A DNA stretch of 62,745 bases, counting the filler, from Albugo candida (Eukaryota): assembly GCA_040437565.1 (NCBI GenBank). It is 29 parts of 29 records of this genome, joined end to end, with 100 filler letters (N's around TTAATTAATTAA, not from the genome) between each part and the next. Parts side by side here need not be neighbours in the genome. Positions count along the whole stretch, not along the records: positions 50,257 to 52,270 come from JBDOQK010000363.1; positions 52,371 to 54,376 come from JBDOQK010000364.1; positions 54,477 to 56,476 come from JBDOQK010000365.1; positions 56,577 to 58,572 come from JBDOQK010000366.1; positions 58,673 to 60,661 come from JBDOQK010000367.1; positions 60,762 to 62,745 come from JBDOQK010000368.1; 23 more parts are not named here. One strand, written 5' to 3'. The position numbers and the translations under genes were made by a program. The first letter of the stretch is position 1. The number at the start of each line of letters is the position of its first letter. Positions 51,110-62,745 of the stretch are shown one piece after another. The notes under the pieces were generated by a model. The model was given only the letters and a program-made list of their open reading frames with translations, did no database searches and was not told where the DNA came from.

Positions 51110-51568
51110 ATGATCATTATATTACTGATTAACGTAATCTTCCTCACTGTCGTTTCAGCGGATGCTGGGGTGGGAGCTGGATCATCCAGTGCTCAGTCAA
51201 TGGAATTATCCTGTGTTAATTATAAATGGGATCTCCCTATGATAAAACTGGATGATGTGAAGAGTTTTATATTCAAAAGTTTTGAGTTTTGTAATTCGAA
51301 AAAACAATCTCAAACCGATATTGGCATTTGCACAAAACGTCTTTGGGCTCTCGCCGACCGGTTCCTTGCTAAATTCAACGCACTTGGAAATGGCTTGACG
51401 AAGCTCATACTTCCGCACTATTTCGGTGCTGGTGTGGGTATTGAAAGTGTCCTGGCATTCATGGAAGCGAATCCATGTCGTTCGTATAAATATCTCAAAG
51501 ATTACAAAGATGGAATGTTGAAAGTGGCGTTTTTTATCCTATCCAAATGCAGTATGGGTTATAACTAA
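51110..51568 (+). CDS. Small secreted Cys-containing protein (candidate effector)
   Basis: Hydrophobic signal peptide MIIILLINVIFLTVVSA-D; 152 aa, intronless, 5 Cys; no RxLR. Confidence 0.7.
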   Translation: MIIILLINVIFLTVVSADAGVGAGSSSAQSMELSCVNYKWDLPMIKLDDVKSFIFKSFEFCNSKKQSQTDIGICTKRLWALADRFLAKFNALGNGLTKLILPHYFGAGVGIESVLAFMEANPCRSYKYLKDYKDGMLKVAFFILSKCSMGYN

Positions 51569-52370
51569 TGCGGACTTCGTATGCGAAGAATGTATGCTGC
51601 ACCCCTTTCTTTTCTGTAATCATCCATAGAAAAAAACCTTTACCATCTCTTTACCGAATTTATCATTTCTCTGCACGTGATTGACGCACTTCATCATCCC
51701 CTGGCGCACATCAACACTTATGCTTGTTGTAGATACTCGTCTATGTTTTTTTGTTCCTATTCCTTCGGTAAATAGCTTTGTTATTGAATAAGTGACCTAT
51801 TGAATTTCAGCTGACGACGCGCTCTGTCGAATGATAAATGGATGGCATTTCTTTTCCTTATTCAATGTCCGTTCATTATCCTTTGAATCATTCCAGTGGG
51901 AGCAATATCCATCCTCGTTTATGGTTCTATCGTTCCAGACTATCAAAAATTGAGATTCAATCGCGCATCTATGATGCATGCATATGCTTACGAAATTTTT
52001 TAATTCTAGGAAACTCTCAAGTCGTACGCTTTGTACCTTTTTGTACTGATCGTGAGTGCAAGAAGCGACGATGGCTCTCCTTGGCGGCACAAGTCCTCCC
52101 CTTCCTTTGATCGTTCTGTTGCTGTTAGAAACAGGTAGTCGTTTACTGATAACGGAAAGTAGATCAGGCTCGGAATGCCAAACAGATAGTACTCTAACAA
52201 GTTCTCGAGAAGGTAGCAAGTACCTCCCTTGCTTTCAAAGTAAATGAGAAAGTACGCCTGCTATCGAGAANNNNNNNNNNNNNNNNNNNNNNNNNNNNNN
52301 NNNNNNNNNNNNNNTTAATTAATTAANNNNNNNNNNNNNNNNNNNNNNNNNNNNNNNNNNNNNNNNNNNN

Positions 52371-54376
52371 CCCCTAGTGATTTGTGTTCACGAGAGAATT
52401 GTTTGACTATTTCAAAAGCAGCGTCAGCATCAGTTCCTTGACTATAGGCTTCGATGTATCTAAAACTTTTCAAAAAATAACGTCTTATTAAAAGAGGTTC
52501 TTCTCCAGGAGGAGAGGCGCTGTCTAAAAATGAATTAATATGGTTTTGTAAGGCTTTGAAGTTATAGGAGCAATTTTGACGGGCAACTTTTTTAGCAACA
52601 CCCCAATAACGTTCAATCCAATTGCATTCACAATGGAAGCGAGGATAAAGTTCATATATGTGACCAGCGGATTCAACTATTTCTTGTAACGCTGATTTTT
52701 GAGTTTTAAAGTCTTCTTGAGATGATAATAAATGTGTTGCACAGCAGGCGTTGTTGTTTGATGGAAAGTCGTTTTTGCATTTTAATAATAATTTATTGTT
52801 CCAAAGATTTCTTTCTTGTAAAATAATTTTGATGCCTTTGCTGTAAGTTTTTTGTGTACCATTAGGAAAAGTTTTATCCATAATTTTGTTGATTTGTTTA
52901 ATTTTATCATCATGTTTCATATGACTATTGAAAACTTTTTGTCTAGCAATAAAATCAAAATTCTTGGTAACATAAAAAGATTGAGTACATTTAGAAGAAC
53001 CACCATTGATAGAATAATAACCGTCTTTAATTTTGTTGTCATCAGCTTTGAGTTCAGAAGGATGTAAATTGATACGAGTAGCAACACGAGCATCTTTTGA
53101 ATAGGCTTTGTGGTTACTAGATTGATCAAACAGGAATACAGCAGTCATATTTTTATGAAGTTCATTGAAAATTTTGATAACATCTTTTAATTGAGCAACC
53201 ATATGTTCTGAAGTCCAATAATCATCGTAACCTTTACCAGGATAAAATAAAACACGAGAATTCATATCTTTACCATTAATTTTAGCACGCATTGTCCCAT
53301 GACAGGGACATTGGAATTCTGAGACCATTATTGATCTTCCTTGGGATTTAGGTAAACAAAAATTTTCTTTTGAAAAAACCCAGGCATACTTCTGATAATT
53401 ATTTGCTTGAAATGTACTTTCATCTTGAGTAACAAATACAATTTGTTTAGCATTTGCAGTTGGAGAGACAGAGGGAGGTATAACAATAGATACATCATCA
53501 ATATGATAGGTTTCAGAGCGTTTTAAGTAACCCATTAATCTTTTTGCCCAAGGCAAGCGGTATTCAATCACATCTTGGCGTTCGTGTCCATCAAAATAAA
53601 TAATTTTTCCTATACAAAACGAAATGCGTTATTAACAAGTTTTGACTTGAGCTGTTGATCAATATATACTACTTACCAAGTTTTTTATAAGAAAAGCCCC
53701 AGTCATTTAATCTTTTTCTAATGCATTCAATAGACAGAGGATTTGAAACTTTACCATCATTATCAACTTCAAAATTAAGAGTAGAAGAACCAATAGCTTT
53801 AGGAAGTATTACTTCACGTAGGTGGTTTAATAAACTTGGAATACTTCTTTGGGGACGGGGGACAGAACGGAACCATTCAATTATTTGTCTTTTAATATCA
53901 TTGTCATCTAAAATTGATCTTCTTTTACTGTGTTTTCCTTGATTGCATTTGCTAATTTCACCACAGTCCATGTATTCTTTGACATATTTACGAAGCATTT
54001 TTAAACGATATGAAGTACATTTATTATACCAGGCAGTTTTAGTAGCAGTATCAAAAGCAGTTTTTCTTTTAACACCAGCAAGACGTAATTCAAAGTATTT
54101 GTGTACAGCGATATATTTGGAGCGTTCATAGGTACCCATAATTTGTTGTTCAGAATTAGCATTGATAACAGGGGCTAGTTTTTCAGATAAAACATCATAG
54201 CATCTTTTTATATCTTCAAGAGATTCAAAGGCAACATGAGTAATAGAAGGAGCAACAGATTGAGAAGAGTCAGAAGTAGAATTATTAGATATAGTAGTAA
54301 AGAAGCTTGTAATTTTTTTTGAGCCTTCGGCCTTTTTTTTGTTTTCAGATATAAGACGACGTATATGCCTAGAAGA
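52371..54376 (-). mobile_element. Fungal Tc1/IS630-like DDE transposase gene with an intron at 53676-53610
   Basis: Splicing gives KKLG|KIIYFDGHERQDVIEYR. Catalytic motifs QDESTF, LFDQSSNH, YPRFHCECNWIERYWG. Confidence 0.87.
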
Positions 54377-54476
54377 NNNNNNNNNNNNNNNNNNNNNNNN
54401 NNNNNNNNNNNNNNNNNNNNTTAATTAATTAANNNNNNNNNNNNNNNNNNNNNNNNNNNNNNNNNNNNNNNNNNNN

Positions 54477-55811
54477 TTCGTTTGGGTCGTGTTTCCGACT
54501 TGGTTAACGGCCCAACACTGTATACTGAATTAGGGTTAGATAAGCACGGTTTAATGAAGTATAGATGTTGTAGAGGAACCAGTTCTGTTGAAGGCGCAGT
54601 TCACATGAATATTGTTCGCAAATTTGCATCGTATAACGCTGGTCCTAGACTGACTGATATGATATTGGCTGATTATAGACTTTACCATAATACTGATGTA
54701 AGTATAGAACTTCTAACATATATTATATACAAAAAACATCTAAACTTCTCATTATTTCTGTTGTTATTACATTTAGGTTGGATCAAAAAATAGACACGGA
54801 AAGTTACATAAAGGGCATTACAGTCCTTGGATATCACAATCAATTAATACTATACGAATGAAATTAGGTCATGATCCCGTGGAAGACTATTTCTGTAACA
54901 GGTTGGGTAGCTCTTTTGAGTATGAACAAACGAATGAAACGTTTGGAATAACAGCACTACCATCTGATGTCATGCGTTCTTATAACATACGTCCTAGTAA
55001 TAATGCTATTTCAAAACAAAGCTTTACCCACGAAAAGCTTTTGCGTATAAGCATTATTCCAGTGGTTTGCTTACCCAAAATACATTATTCTTCAACTGAT
55101 TTCATGTATAGATTTTTGGCTGAATCTCAACAAACTGAATTAGCTGTTACTGCCGTCCACACTGATGAAGAAGTAAAGTTGTATAATCGTTTTGTGACTG
55201 AACCTTCGTTCCGTAAATGTATTAGATTCACAGAACAGAACAGCAAACCTGATTTTGAACTTTTTTCGAAAACTTGGTCAGCTCACTGTATCTCAGGTAC
55301 ACGAATCTATTTCAAAACACCTAAACATCTAGAGGCTTACTTTAACGTACTTCAAGACCGTAAAAAGTATGGTGATTCAGTTTTGCTTAATATTAATATT
55401 GTAAATGAAGTCAGAGAATTTACTCAAGCCGAATCTCGCTTCGAGTTTTCTATTCCCGCATTACCTCGACCTTCTCAACTAGAGAATAGAAATTTTTTCC
55501 CTATTGCTTCTTCCATCTCCCCTGCCTCTCCTCCTCCTCAGCCTACTTCTCAACCAGAAGTTCTTCGCCGTCTTGTACCACTAATTACAGCATTACCAGC
55601 AGCTTCAAATGAAAGAAGTCGATTTGCAATAGTTCCACCAAAGCCTGTCATTAAAAAGAAAAAAGCAGCTCCTTTATGCAAAACTTGTAGAATTGTTGGT
55701 TGCCAAGGTGGACAAAAGAAAATTTATTGTACAAACAAATGCGGCGTTTGTCAAAACGAACTTTGTATTGGCAGATATAAAGGGCCAGCTTGTACCAGTC
55801 CAAAAAGATAA
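54477..55811 (+). mobile_element. C-terminal part of a MULE-like (DUF6729-family-type) transposase, with an intron at ~54698-54777
   Basis: YRCCRGTSSVEGAVH (third catalytic E-like motif); GTAAGT...TTAG intron; C-terminal Cys cluster CKTC...C...C...CGVC...C. Confidence 0.62.
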
Positions 55812-56416
55812 GTTACAACTTTTTTCTCTTACAATGCATGATTTCTACTTTCTTTCTTCTTCCCTCATATGATTTTTTTAACAACACAACAATAACACTA
55901 TAACGATATATAAGACCATTATAATTACCAAATCAAGTCTGCCTCCTTTTTCCTTACATATCTATGAATATTATACTATGCCATCAAACTTTTTCACAAT
56001 TATTTACTATTATTTTATCTATGCACTATCTATATTTTTTAACAGTCATTTATTACAAGTTACTATAGCCATTAACACCTATGCCAAATATTTAAAATTA
56101 TTATTATACTATGCCAACAATCTTTTACTATATAATATCAATATTCTATGTAAAATTAAAAATTATTATTATCATATTTATGCAATAAAAAGTAACTATC
56201 ATATAATACAGCAGCTTGTCACATTGTTGCTCCAATATATTTGTTTATTATACTACTTTTTTTCTAGCCTACAAAACTATTATGCGTTATACTTTAACAA
56301 AAAAAAGCTATGCTTTACACAATGGGTTTCTGCAGTGTACAAAATAATTTTTTTTTTGCTTTATTGTATGTAAAAAAGAAGTGCAATTTTGTATCCATAC
56401 AGTACAAAAAACGGCA

Positions 56417-56449
56417 AAAATTTGGGTGCCCTAAGGGCACCCAAATTTT
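56417..56449. repeat. Perfect inverted repeat with 16-bp arms and a 1-nt spacer
   Basis: AAAATTTGGGTGCCCT A AGGGCACCCAAATTTT. Confidence 0.9.
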
Positions 56450-56576
56450 AAAAGAATTAATTCTTTTTTTAGAAAGNNNNNNNNNNNNNNNNNNNNNNNN
56501 NNNNNNNNNNNNNNNNNNNNTTAATTAATTAANNNNNNNNNNNNNNNNNNNNNNNNNNNNNNNNNNNNNNNNNNNN

Positions 56577-56869
56577 CTAGACAACGGTTAGCTCGACGAC
56601 TTTTGCCGGATCAGTGTTCCGGATGCTACAAAATCATGTGTCCTGTATCTCGATCATTCAGCAGCTCGTGCAAGATTTGTAAAGCCCGCGTGTGTGCTCG
56701 ATGTTGTGTGACCAAAAAAATCACTGTAAGCGGTGAGCAGCAATCCCAGATTGCAAGCGTGCTTGCTACAATAAAGGCTATGCGGTTCTGTCTTCCATGC
56801 ATCCATGCTGCCAGACAACTGGCTTGTAATCAAACACAGCTACATGATAATCTCAAGTCAGATGGCTGA
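56577..56869 (+). CDS. 3' end of a gene with a FYVE-like zinc finger
   Basis: CSGC...CKIC...VCARC...FCLPC eight-Cys pattern, as in oomycete FYVE-like proteins. Confidence 0.6.
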
Positions 56870-58672
56870 TAAATTAATTCACAATGGGTAAAAGTACATA
56901 AATCTGCGTGTTAGTACTTTTATTTCTTGCAATTTTTGACTTATTTCGACTCAAATGTACTTCTTTGCTTACACTACCATCATCAGTCACATAAGCCCTC
57001 ATTCATCTTCATTTCGTGTTTATTCTCGTTATTTACAGCGTGAGGAGACAATAAAGGGGTATAGTCACATTTCAGCGCCATCGATCCGATTTGTTTTCAA
57101 AGGTATCGAAACAGAGAACGCCGCACAATAGAGCAAATCGACCGCTTGATCACCAAGGATTTTACAGTGTTAGAAAGCTAATCGCCGCGAGCAGTTGTGA
57201 TATCGTGAGAGTTTGATCAAAGGAACAAAATGTTCCGCACGTAGCAAGACCGCTCTTTCGAAATCCATTATCATTTAACTTTATATCTGTTTTGTAGGAG
57301 ATGGCTAAGAACATCGCAAACTCAATCGGGAGCTTCCTTATGACTTGAGCTGTGCTAAGCTGGTACAGCAGGGTGGAGCTGACGCTCCTAGGCACAAAAA
57401 ATAGTTTGTATGACGAATCGATGTGCCTATGCATCGTTAGTGTGTTGATTCAACGCCGATTTGCACCGATTTGGTTTTTTGGAGATGAATTATATGAAGT
57501 CAAAGATGATGCCTACGCCATGAGGACTACTGAGAGAGTGCCGGGAAGAATGTTTGGGACCAAGGAACTGGTACGCTTAATAAGAGAAAATAAATGCAGG
57601 GAGATGTTGTTATCTATCAAGCAATGACAATTGAATTTTGTAAAGTGGCGAATCATAGTCGCACAGAGTTGCGACAATTGCTGCAGAGGGATTTGTAGTG
57701 CGCGTGAGCAAAGTCGTTTGATCACTTGGAGGTAGAAGAAAGCGTGAGATCCAATTCGCAAAGTTAAATTTCGGAGCTATCGAAAAAGAACCACCACAAA
57801 TATTTTGTACAGAGCGTCAGTGCCGATAAACGGAGTGGTATCGCACCCACGTAACCCTTGAGCGATATCGCCACTCGGAACACGAAGTCATAAGCAAAGT
57901 GAGCAAGAGTCAGATATCATCTTGTTCGAAGCTCAAACTTACAGGCTTGAATACCGAATAGAGATTCTCGTGTCATGGTCCATATTTCAGCATAGTGGTG
58001 AGTTTTGAGGTCTTCATAGCCTACGGATCGACTGACAGAATGAATGATTCAGAACAGATTACAGAGGCTTCTGATTCCGCATACTTTTATATACGATGCA
58101 TTGACGCTCCTATTGCGGTGATCCATAATGAATCCTTGAGAAAATGTAATGCGATTGCACGAGGTAGAATCGGGGAAGTGATGACTTTCATAGTGGTTCA
58201 GATAATACCCTGGCAATGAGGCATGAAGACGGAAACAGGTCAAGTTACTATGCAATTAGAGCAGTAGGGGACAAGCAGTACTGCTAGATTGTACAAAGCT
58301 GTCTCGTGTTGCGAACATTTTGTAAATTTGTCACCCTTAGGGCTACCAGGCGTTCATGCTGGAACTCGTATAGGCCTGCGTAAGAGGTGTATTCACTCTT
58401 AGGATCCACATGCTTACAAATTAAGTGAAATACCTTATACTTGATGTTTCGCTATTGAAAGCCGTTATATATTTTCTATCGTCCAAGACCGTTCGTTTGC
58501 GTCAGCATTAAAAGCCTCATGTAAGGGGTATACTTCAAATGGAGTTTCACGAACGCGTAACAATGTGTAGTGNNNNNNNNNNNNNNNNNNNNNNNNNNNN
58601 NNNNNNNNNNNNNNNNTTAATTAATTAANNNNNNNNNNNNNNNNNNNNNNNNNNNNNNNNNNNNNNNNNNNN

Positions 58673-60661
58673 GGTTTTTCGTCAGCCACCACGTTTGAAA
58701 AAGTAATTAATCACAATAAGCGATCAAAATCATTTTTCGAATCCAAGGTCATCAATAGTTGTGAACAAGTTACAGACTTATTGAATGAAAAATACATTCA
58801 TCATCCTTTCATTGTCTTACCCAAGGTATATGACACTGCTACAAATTCTGAATCACTCGTTGTTGTTCCTACTGGAATGCTTCTTCTACAAACAATAAGC
58901 CAATGCTTATACTGTTCGTTTCTGGTTTTTTCCACTAGGGCATCCCCCGTGTTAATTAAACCCTTTATTGAAGAAAGCCTGCAAAAAGAATACAAGAGAG
59001 AGAGAAAGCCTTTGCCAATGTTCGTAATACTGCATCACGTGGACTCATATGTACCCCAAAATACACACTGGTGCCCATTAGATTTTACATGTGAGCCACG
59101 TGATGCAGAATATAGACAACACAAATTTATAAAAAATAATTCATATGATCGCCACCAACCTACTAATATCATCAACAGCAATCAAAATTATGAAGCTATA
59201 TATACACCTTTAGAAGAAAATCAGTCAAGAAGAGCTAGATCAAAAAGTATGACTACAAAAGATTTAATCTCTGATGACGAAATTCTTAGCTCGGTAACCT
59301 CAGCTATCAATGCGGTTTTTTCTAAAAAGTATAAAAAGCTCAAAAAGAAGAATAAGGAGCTAACGATTGATATGTTTGTCTCTGGAGAGCAGTCGTCTAC
59401 TTCTAGTTTGCCTTCAGTAATACCAAAAGTTAGAAAGACATTGGAATCAACCATTCCAAAGGAAAAAGTTCCAGAAAATAATACTTGGTTGAATAGTCGA
59501 TGGGATAAAATAAAAAAGAAAGGAAGATATGACTTGAAGTATTTTTTGGATTATTTTAAAGAGAATTTTGAAGAGAATTTTACTTTAGAAGAAATTCCAG
59601 CAGTTACTAGAAATAAAAAAAGCACTAAAGTAGATCAATTAGAAGAAGATTCGAACTTTTTGGAAGCTCTCGAAACAAATGAAGAAGACAATGCTACTCA
59701 AGAAGAGTTCAGGACTATTGCTGTAACTCTCAGAAAAGTTCTAAAAGAAAAGATTGATTATAAAGAGTTCTTACATTTGCTTACCGACTATCAAAAAGTT
59801 TCATCAAACTGCATGCATGGAATACAGCACGTTATTTCTGTAATAACGAATTTAGTTTTAAACGGCAGTTTTTCCAGAGCATTAGGAAATGAAGACGAAG
59901 TTGTGAATTTTTTTGATTATTCCAAGCTAAATATTGCTAATTTACAAATCACGGAAGAATCGGATAATATTGCTTTAATGGATGAAAACATCTTATTCAA
60001 TTCCAAAGGGCTCTTTAGTTTTAAATCGATTTATCAGCTTTTGTCATGTTGTGTGGGAAGCAAATCAAAAATCAACAGAACGCCGTAAATATCACCTAAA
60101 TTTTTTATAGTTAACAAATTGATCGTACAACAACTGATACTAATAATATATTTTGTTTTATTATTGATATATAGACTAATGGACATCGTGATTGAAAACA
60201 TGGATAAGTCGTATCAAACCGAGTTCACTTCTTCCCCATATGTATTGGATGCGCTAAAAAAGTTTCAGGTTAACTTTGAAAATTTTTGGAACGATGTTAA
60301 TTTCGATCGAGATTTAACAGCAGTGATAAGAACGTTTTTGAAAATTAAATTTCCTAAAAAAAGAAAGAAAAGCGTGTTTTCTAACAATCAACAATTACAA
60401 CCTACTTCAGCAAAAACATTCAACACGAAGAAATCCAAAAAGAAAAGGTTACTGAAAAGGCTGGAAAAAGAAATCGTGAAAAGGGATGGTGGGAAAATGT
60501 ACATTGTTGAACAGCTGGTGGATAAAATCTTTAATACTACTCCTTCTTTTGGTAATAATAACTAAGCATTTTTTTTTTATCTAAAATTACGGTTTACTAA
60601 TAACAATTTGCTTATTTAAATATACTACAGTTGTCTCCTCCATATCAGCAGAACCTATAGT
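58673..60661 (+). CDS. Intron-containing large protein fragment; candidate N-terminal (extension + WED/REC) part of a Fanzor1
   Basis: Frame open from the contig edge. In-phase introns at 60085-60174 and 60552-60630. Contains FRTIAVTLRKVLK and ALKKFQVNFENFW...FDRDL..VIR.FLK. Confidence 0.55.
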
Positions 60662-60766
60662 NNNNNNNNNNNNNNNNNNNNNNNNNNNNNNNNNNNNNNN
60701 NNNNNTTAATTAATTAANNNNNNNNNNNNNNNNNNNNNNNNNNNNNNNNNNNNNNNNNNNNAAACA

Positions 60767-62745
60767 ATGCAACATACCATGAATGGGTTAGCTGAACGTG
60801 TTCTTCAACCTGCTGCTAATGGTCCTTCTACTCCTGGTCATGTCAAATTAAGGGATCCTCCTCTATATGATGGTGCTCGTGACGCAGTATTAGTTGATGA
60901 ATGGATAAGATCGGTGGAACAGCACAAAGAATTCTATTCTATGGATGATCGTAGGACAATCATGTTCGCTACAACTCATTTGACTGGTCGTGCCAATGCT
61001 TGGTTTCGCTCTATCGAAAACACATCTGCTAATCCTCTTACTTGGGCTGGTTTTAAAGAAAGCTTGGTTAGTAAATTCAGACCTATTAATGCTACTCTTC
61101 TGGCTCGTGATCGGTTAAGCGTGATTACACAAACATCAACTATTCAGGATTATGTCAATCGTTTTATGGATATCTGTATCTTGCTTCCTGGTGTCACTGA
61201 AGACGAACGTTGTGATAAATTCATGCGTGGTGTTAAATCGGATGCTCTTCGTTCTGAATTGCGTAGTATCATTGATGCTAACCGTAATATAGAAAACTAT
61301 TACAACGTGGCCTTAGCTTGGGAAGGTGCAAGAGATTATGGTTACAACAATTCTTCTGCAGCTTATAGGAATAATTCTTCTATACCTGCTTCTATTGATA
61401 CTGCCGAACCAATGGATCTTGATGTCATGCAATCAACAAGACGGGGTACAGGTGGTAATAATTTTTCTAATAGAAAGTTCAACAAGAAAGGCAAGAGAAT
61501 AAATCAATGTGATTACTGTCATCGTCAAGGTCATGTCAAAGACAATTGTTATAAACGTGCTGAAGATATTCGAAAGTTGGATATGATTGCTAAACGTAAT
61601 GATCCTAAGTCTAAATTGAATGTCATGGATTCTAGTAGTCAACAACAAGTAGTCGCCAATAACAATGATGATAGTCAACCTGGTTCTAATAATAATAACG
61701 ATCATAATCATGCTATGAATAATAAAGATATCAATAATTCTTACCATTATTCCGATAACGTCCCTTCTTCTTCTAAATGTATTATGAATGATAAACAAGT
61801 AAGAAGGAATAGCCATGGTAGTCGAAATGTTGTCAATGATAAAACTGTTCAGAAGATCGCTTCGTTTGATCATATTCCTTTTGAATTGGTACCTATCATG
61901 GAAAGTGATTCAGCTTTTATACCTGCAGATCTCAAACATCTTACTTATCTTAACGCTCTTCATTCTTCAAATAACTTGGTATTTTACAAGGCGTCTGTAT
62001 TAGGTAAAGATGGTGCTGCTCGTACTATTCAGGTTATGGTAGATACCGGTGCAACCGAGTGTTATGTCTCCTCTACAATAGCGAATTCAATAGTTGGTGG
62101 TCTTAACCCGGTGGATCGTGAAGTCGAAACTGCTTCTGGTAATGTCGACAAGATATCTAGACAATTTGTTTTCAATATGAATATCGAAGGATACACTTCT
62201 ACAGTGTCTGCTTTTGTATATGGACCGAGCAAGTTCGATTTAATTTTGGGTCGTTCTTGGCTTAAGGTTCACAATCCTAATTTAGTAATGGAAGACGATT
62301 CTATGCATATCAAGTGTCAAGATGGTTCTACCTGTGTTGTTTATCCTACTAAATCTGATGATTCTCTCGATGACGATTCTTTAGAAGAAGGTAATTCTCT
62401 TACCACTATGTCGTTGAACTATTTGATTTCTTCAAAACAAGCAGATAAATGTATCAAGGATAAGAATAATGCTGTATGTCTACTTTTCGTAATGGATGAC
62501 AAGGCTAACCGAATCATGGTATCTCCACATAACAATGATGGTAAAGATGATTTTTACAATGAGTTAGTAAAACAGTATCCCTTGGTTTTTCAAGATGGTT
62601 TACCTGGTTTACCGTCACCAAGATCGTTTGAACATATAATTGATACCCAAGATTCTAAACCAGTAAATCGTCCAGCATATAGAATGAGTCCAGCGGAGTT
62701 GGATGAATTAAAGGCTCAATTACAACAACTTCTCAAATTGAAATT
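60767..62745 (+). mobile_element. Ty3/Gypsy gag-protease-(RT start) in one frame running off the window; absent from the ORF track
   Basis: Gag PPLYDGARD....EWI, EPMDLD, CCHC CDYCHRQGHVKDNC (61508), protease VDTGA (D at 62042) and RPAYRMSPAELDELK; the anchors checked share one frame. Confidence 0.92.

Noticed and set aside
61433-62003. Listed ORFs 61433-61873 (-) and 61815-62003 (+)
   Set aside because: They are shadow frames of the Gypsy gag-pol ORF.

Overview
This window is not one locus. It is about 29 unrelated ~2.0-2.15 kb contigs, in decreasing length order, joined by artificial 100-bp spacers (N44-TTAATTAATTAA-N44), so adjacency across spacers means nothing. At least two eukaryotes appear mixed. 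One is an oomycete: Peronosporaceae/downy-mildew-like rDNA, a TTTTAGGG telomere, oomycete-type Copia and Gypsy relics, and an Inr-FPR promoter. The other is a very AT-rich organism with short GT-AG introns, probably a Mucorales fungus (inference). Most contigs are transposon fragments (hAT, Helitron with endonuclease, Gypsy, Copia, MULE, Tc1/IS630-like, a MULE-like transposase with exonuclease) or satellites. The standout is an uninterrupted C-terminal part of a Fanzor1-type (TnpB-derived, RNA-guided) RuvC nuclease at 35340-37211, with a multi-hairpin candidate omegaRNA over its stop codon. A separate intron-containing contig (58673-60661) looks like the missing N-terminal WED/REC part of such a protein. 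All calls come from motif recognition by eye; no database searches were run.
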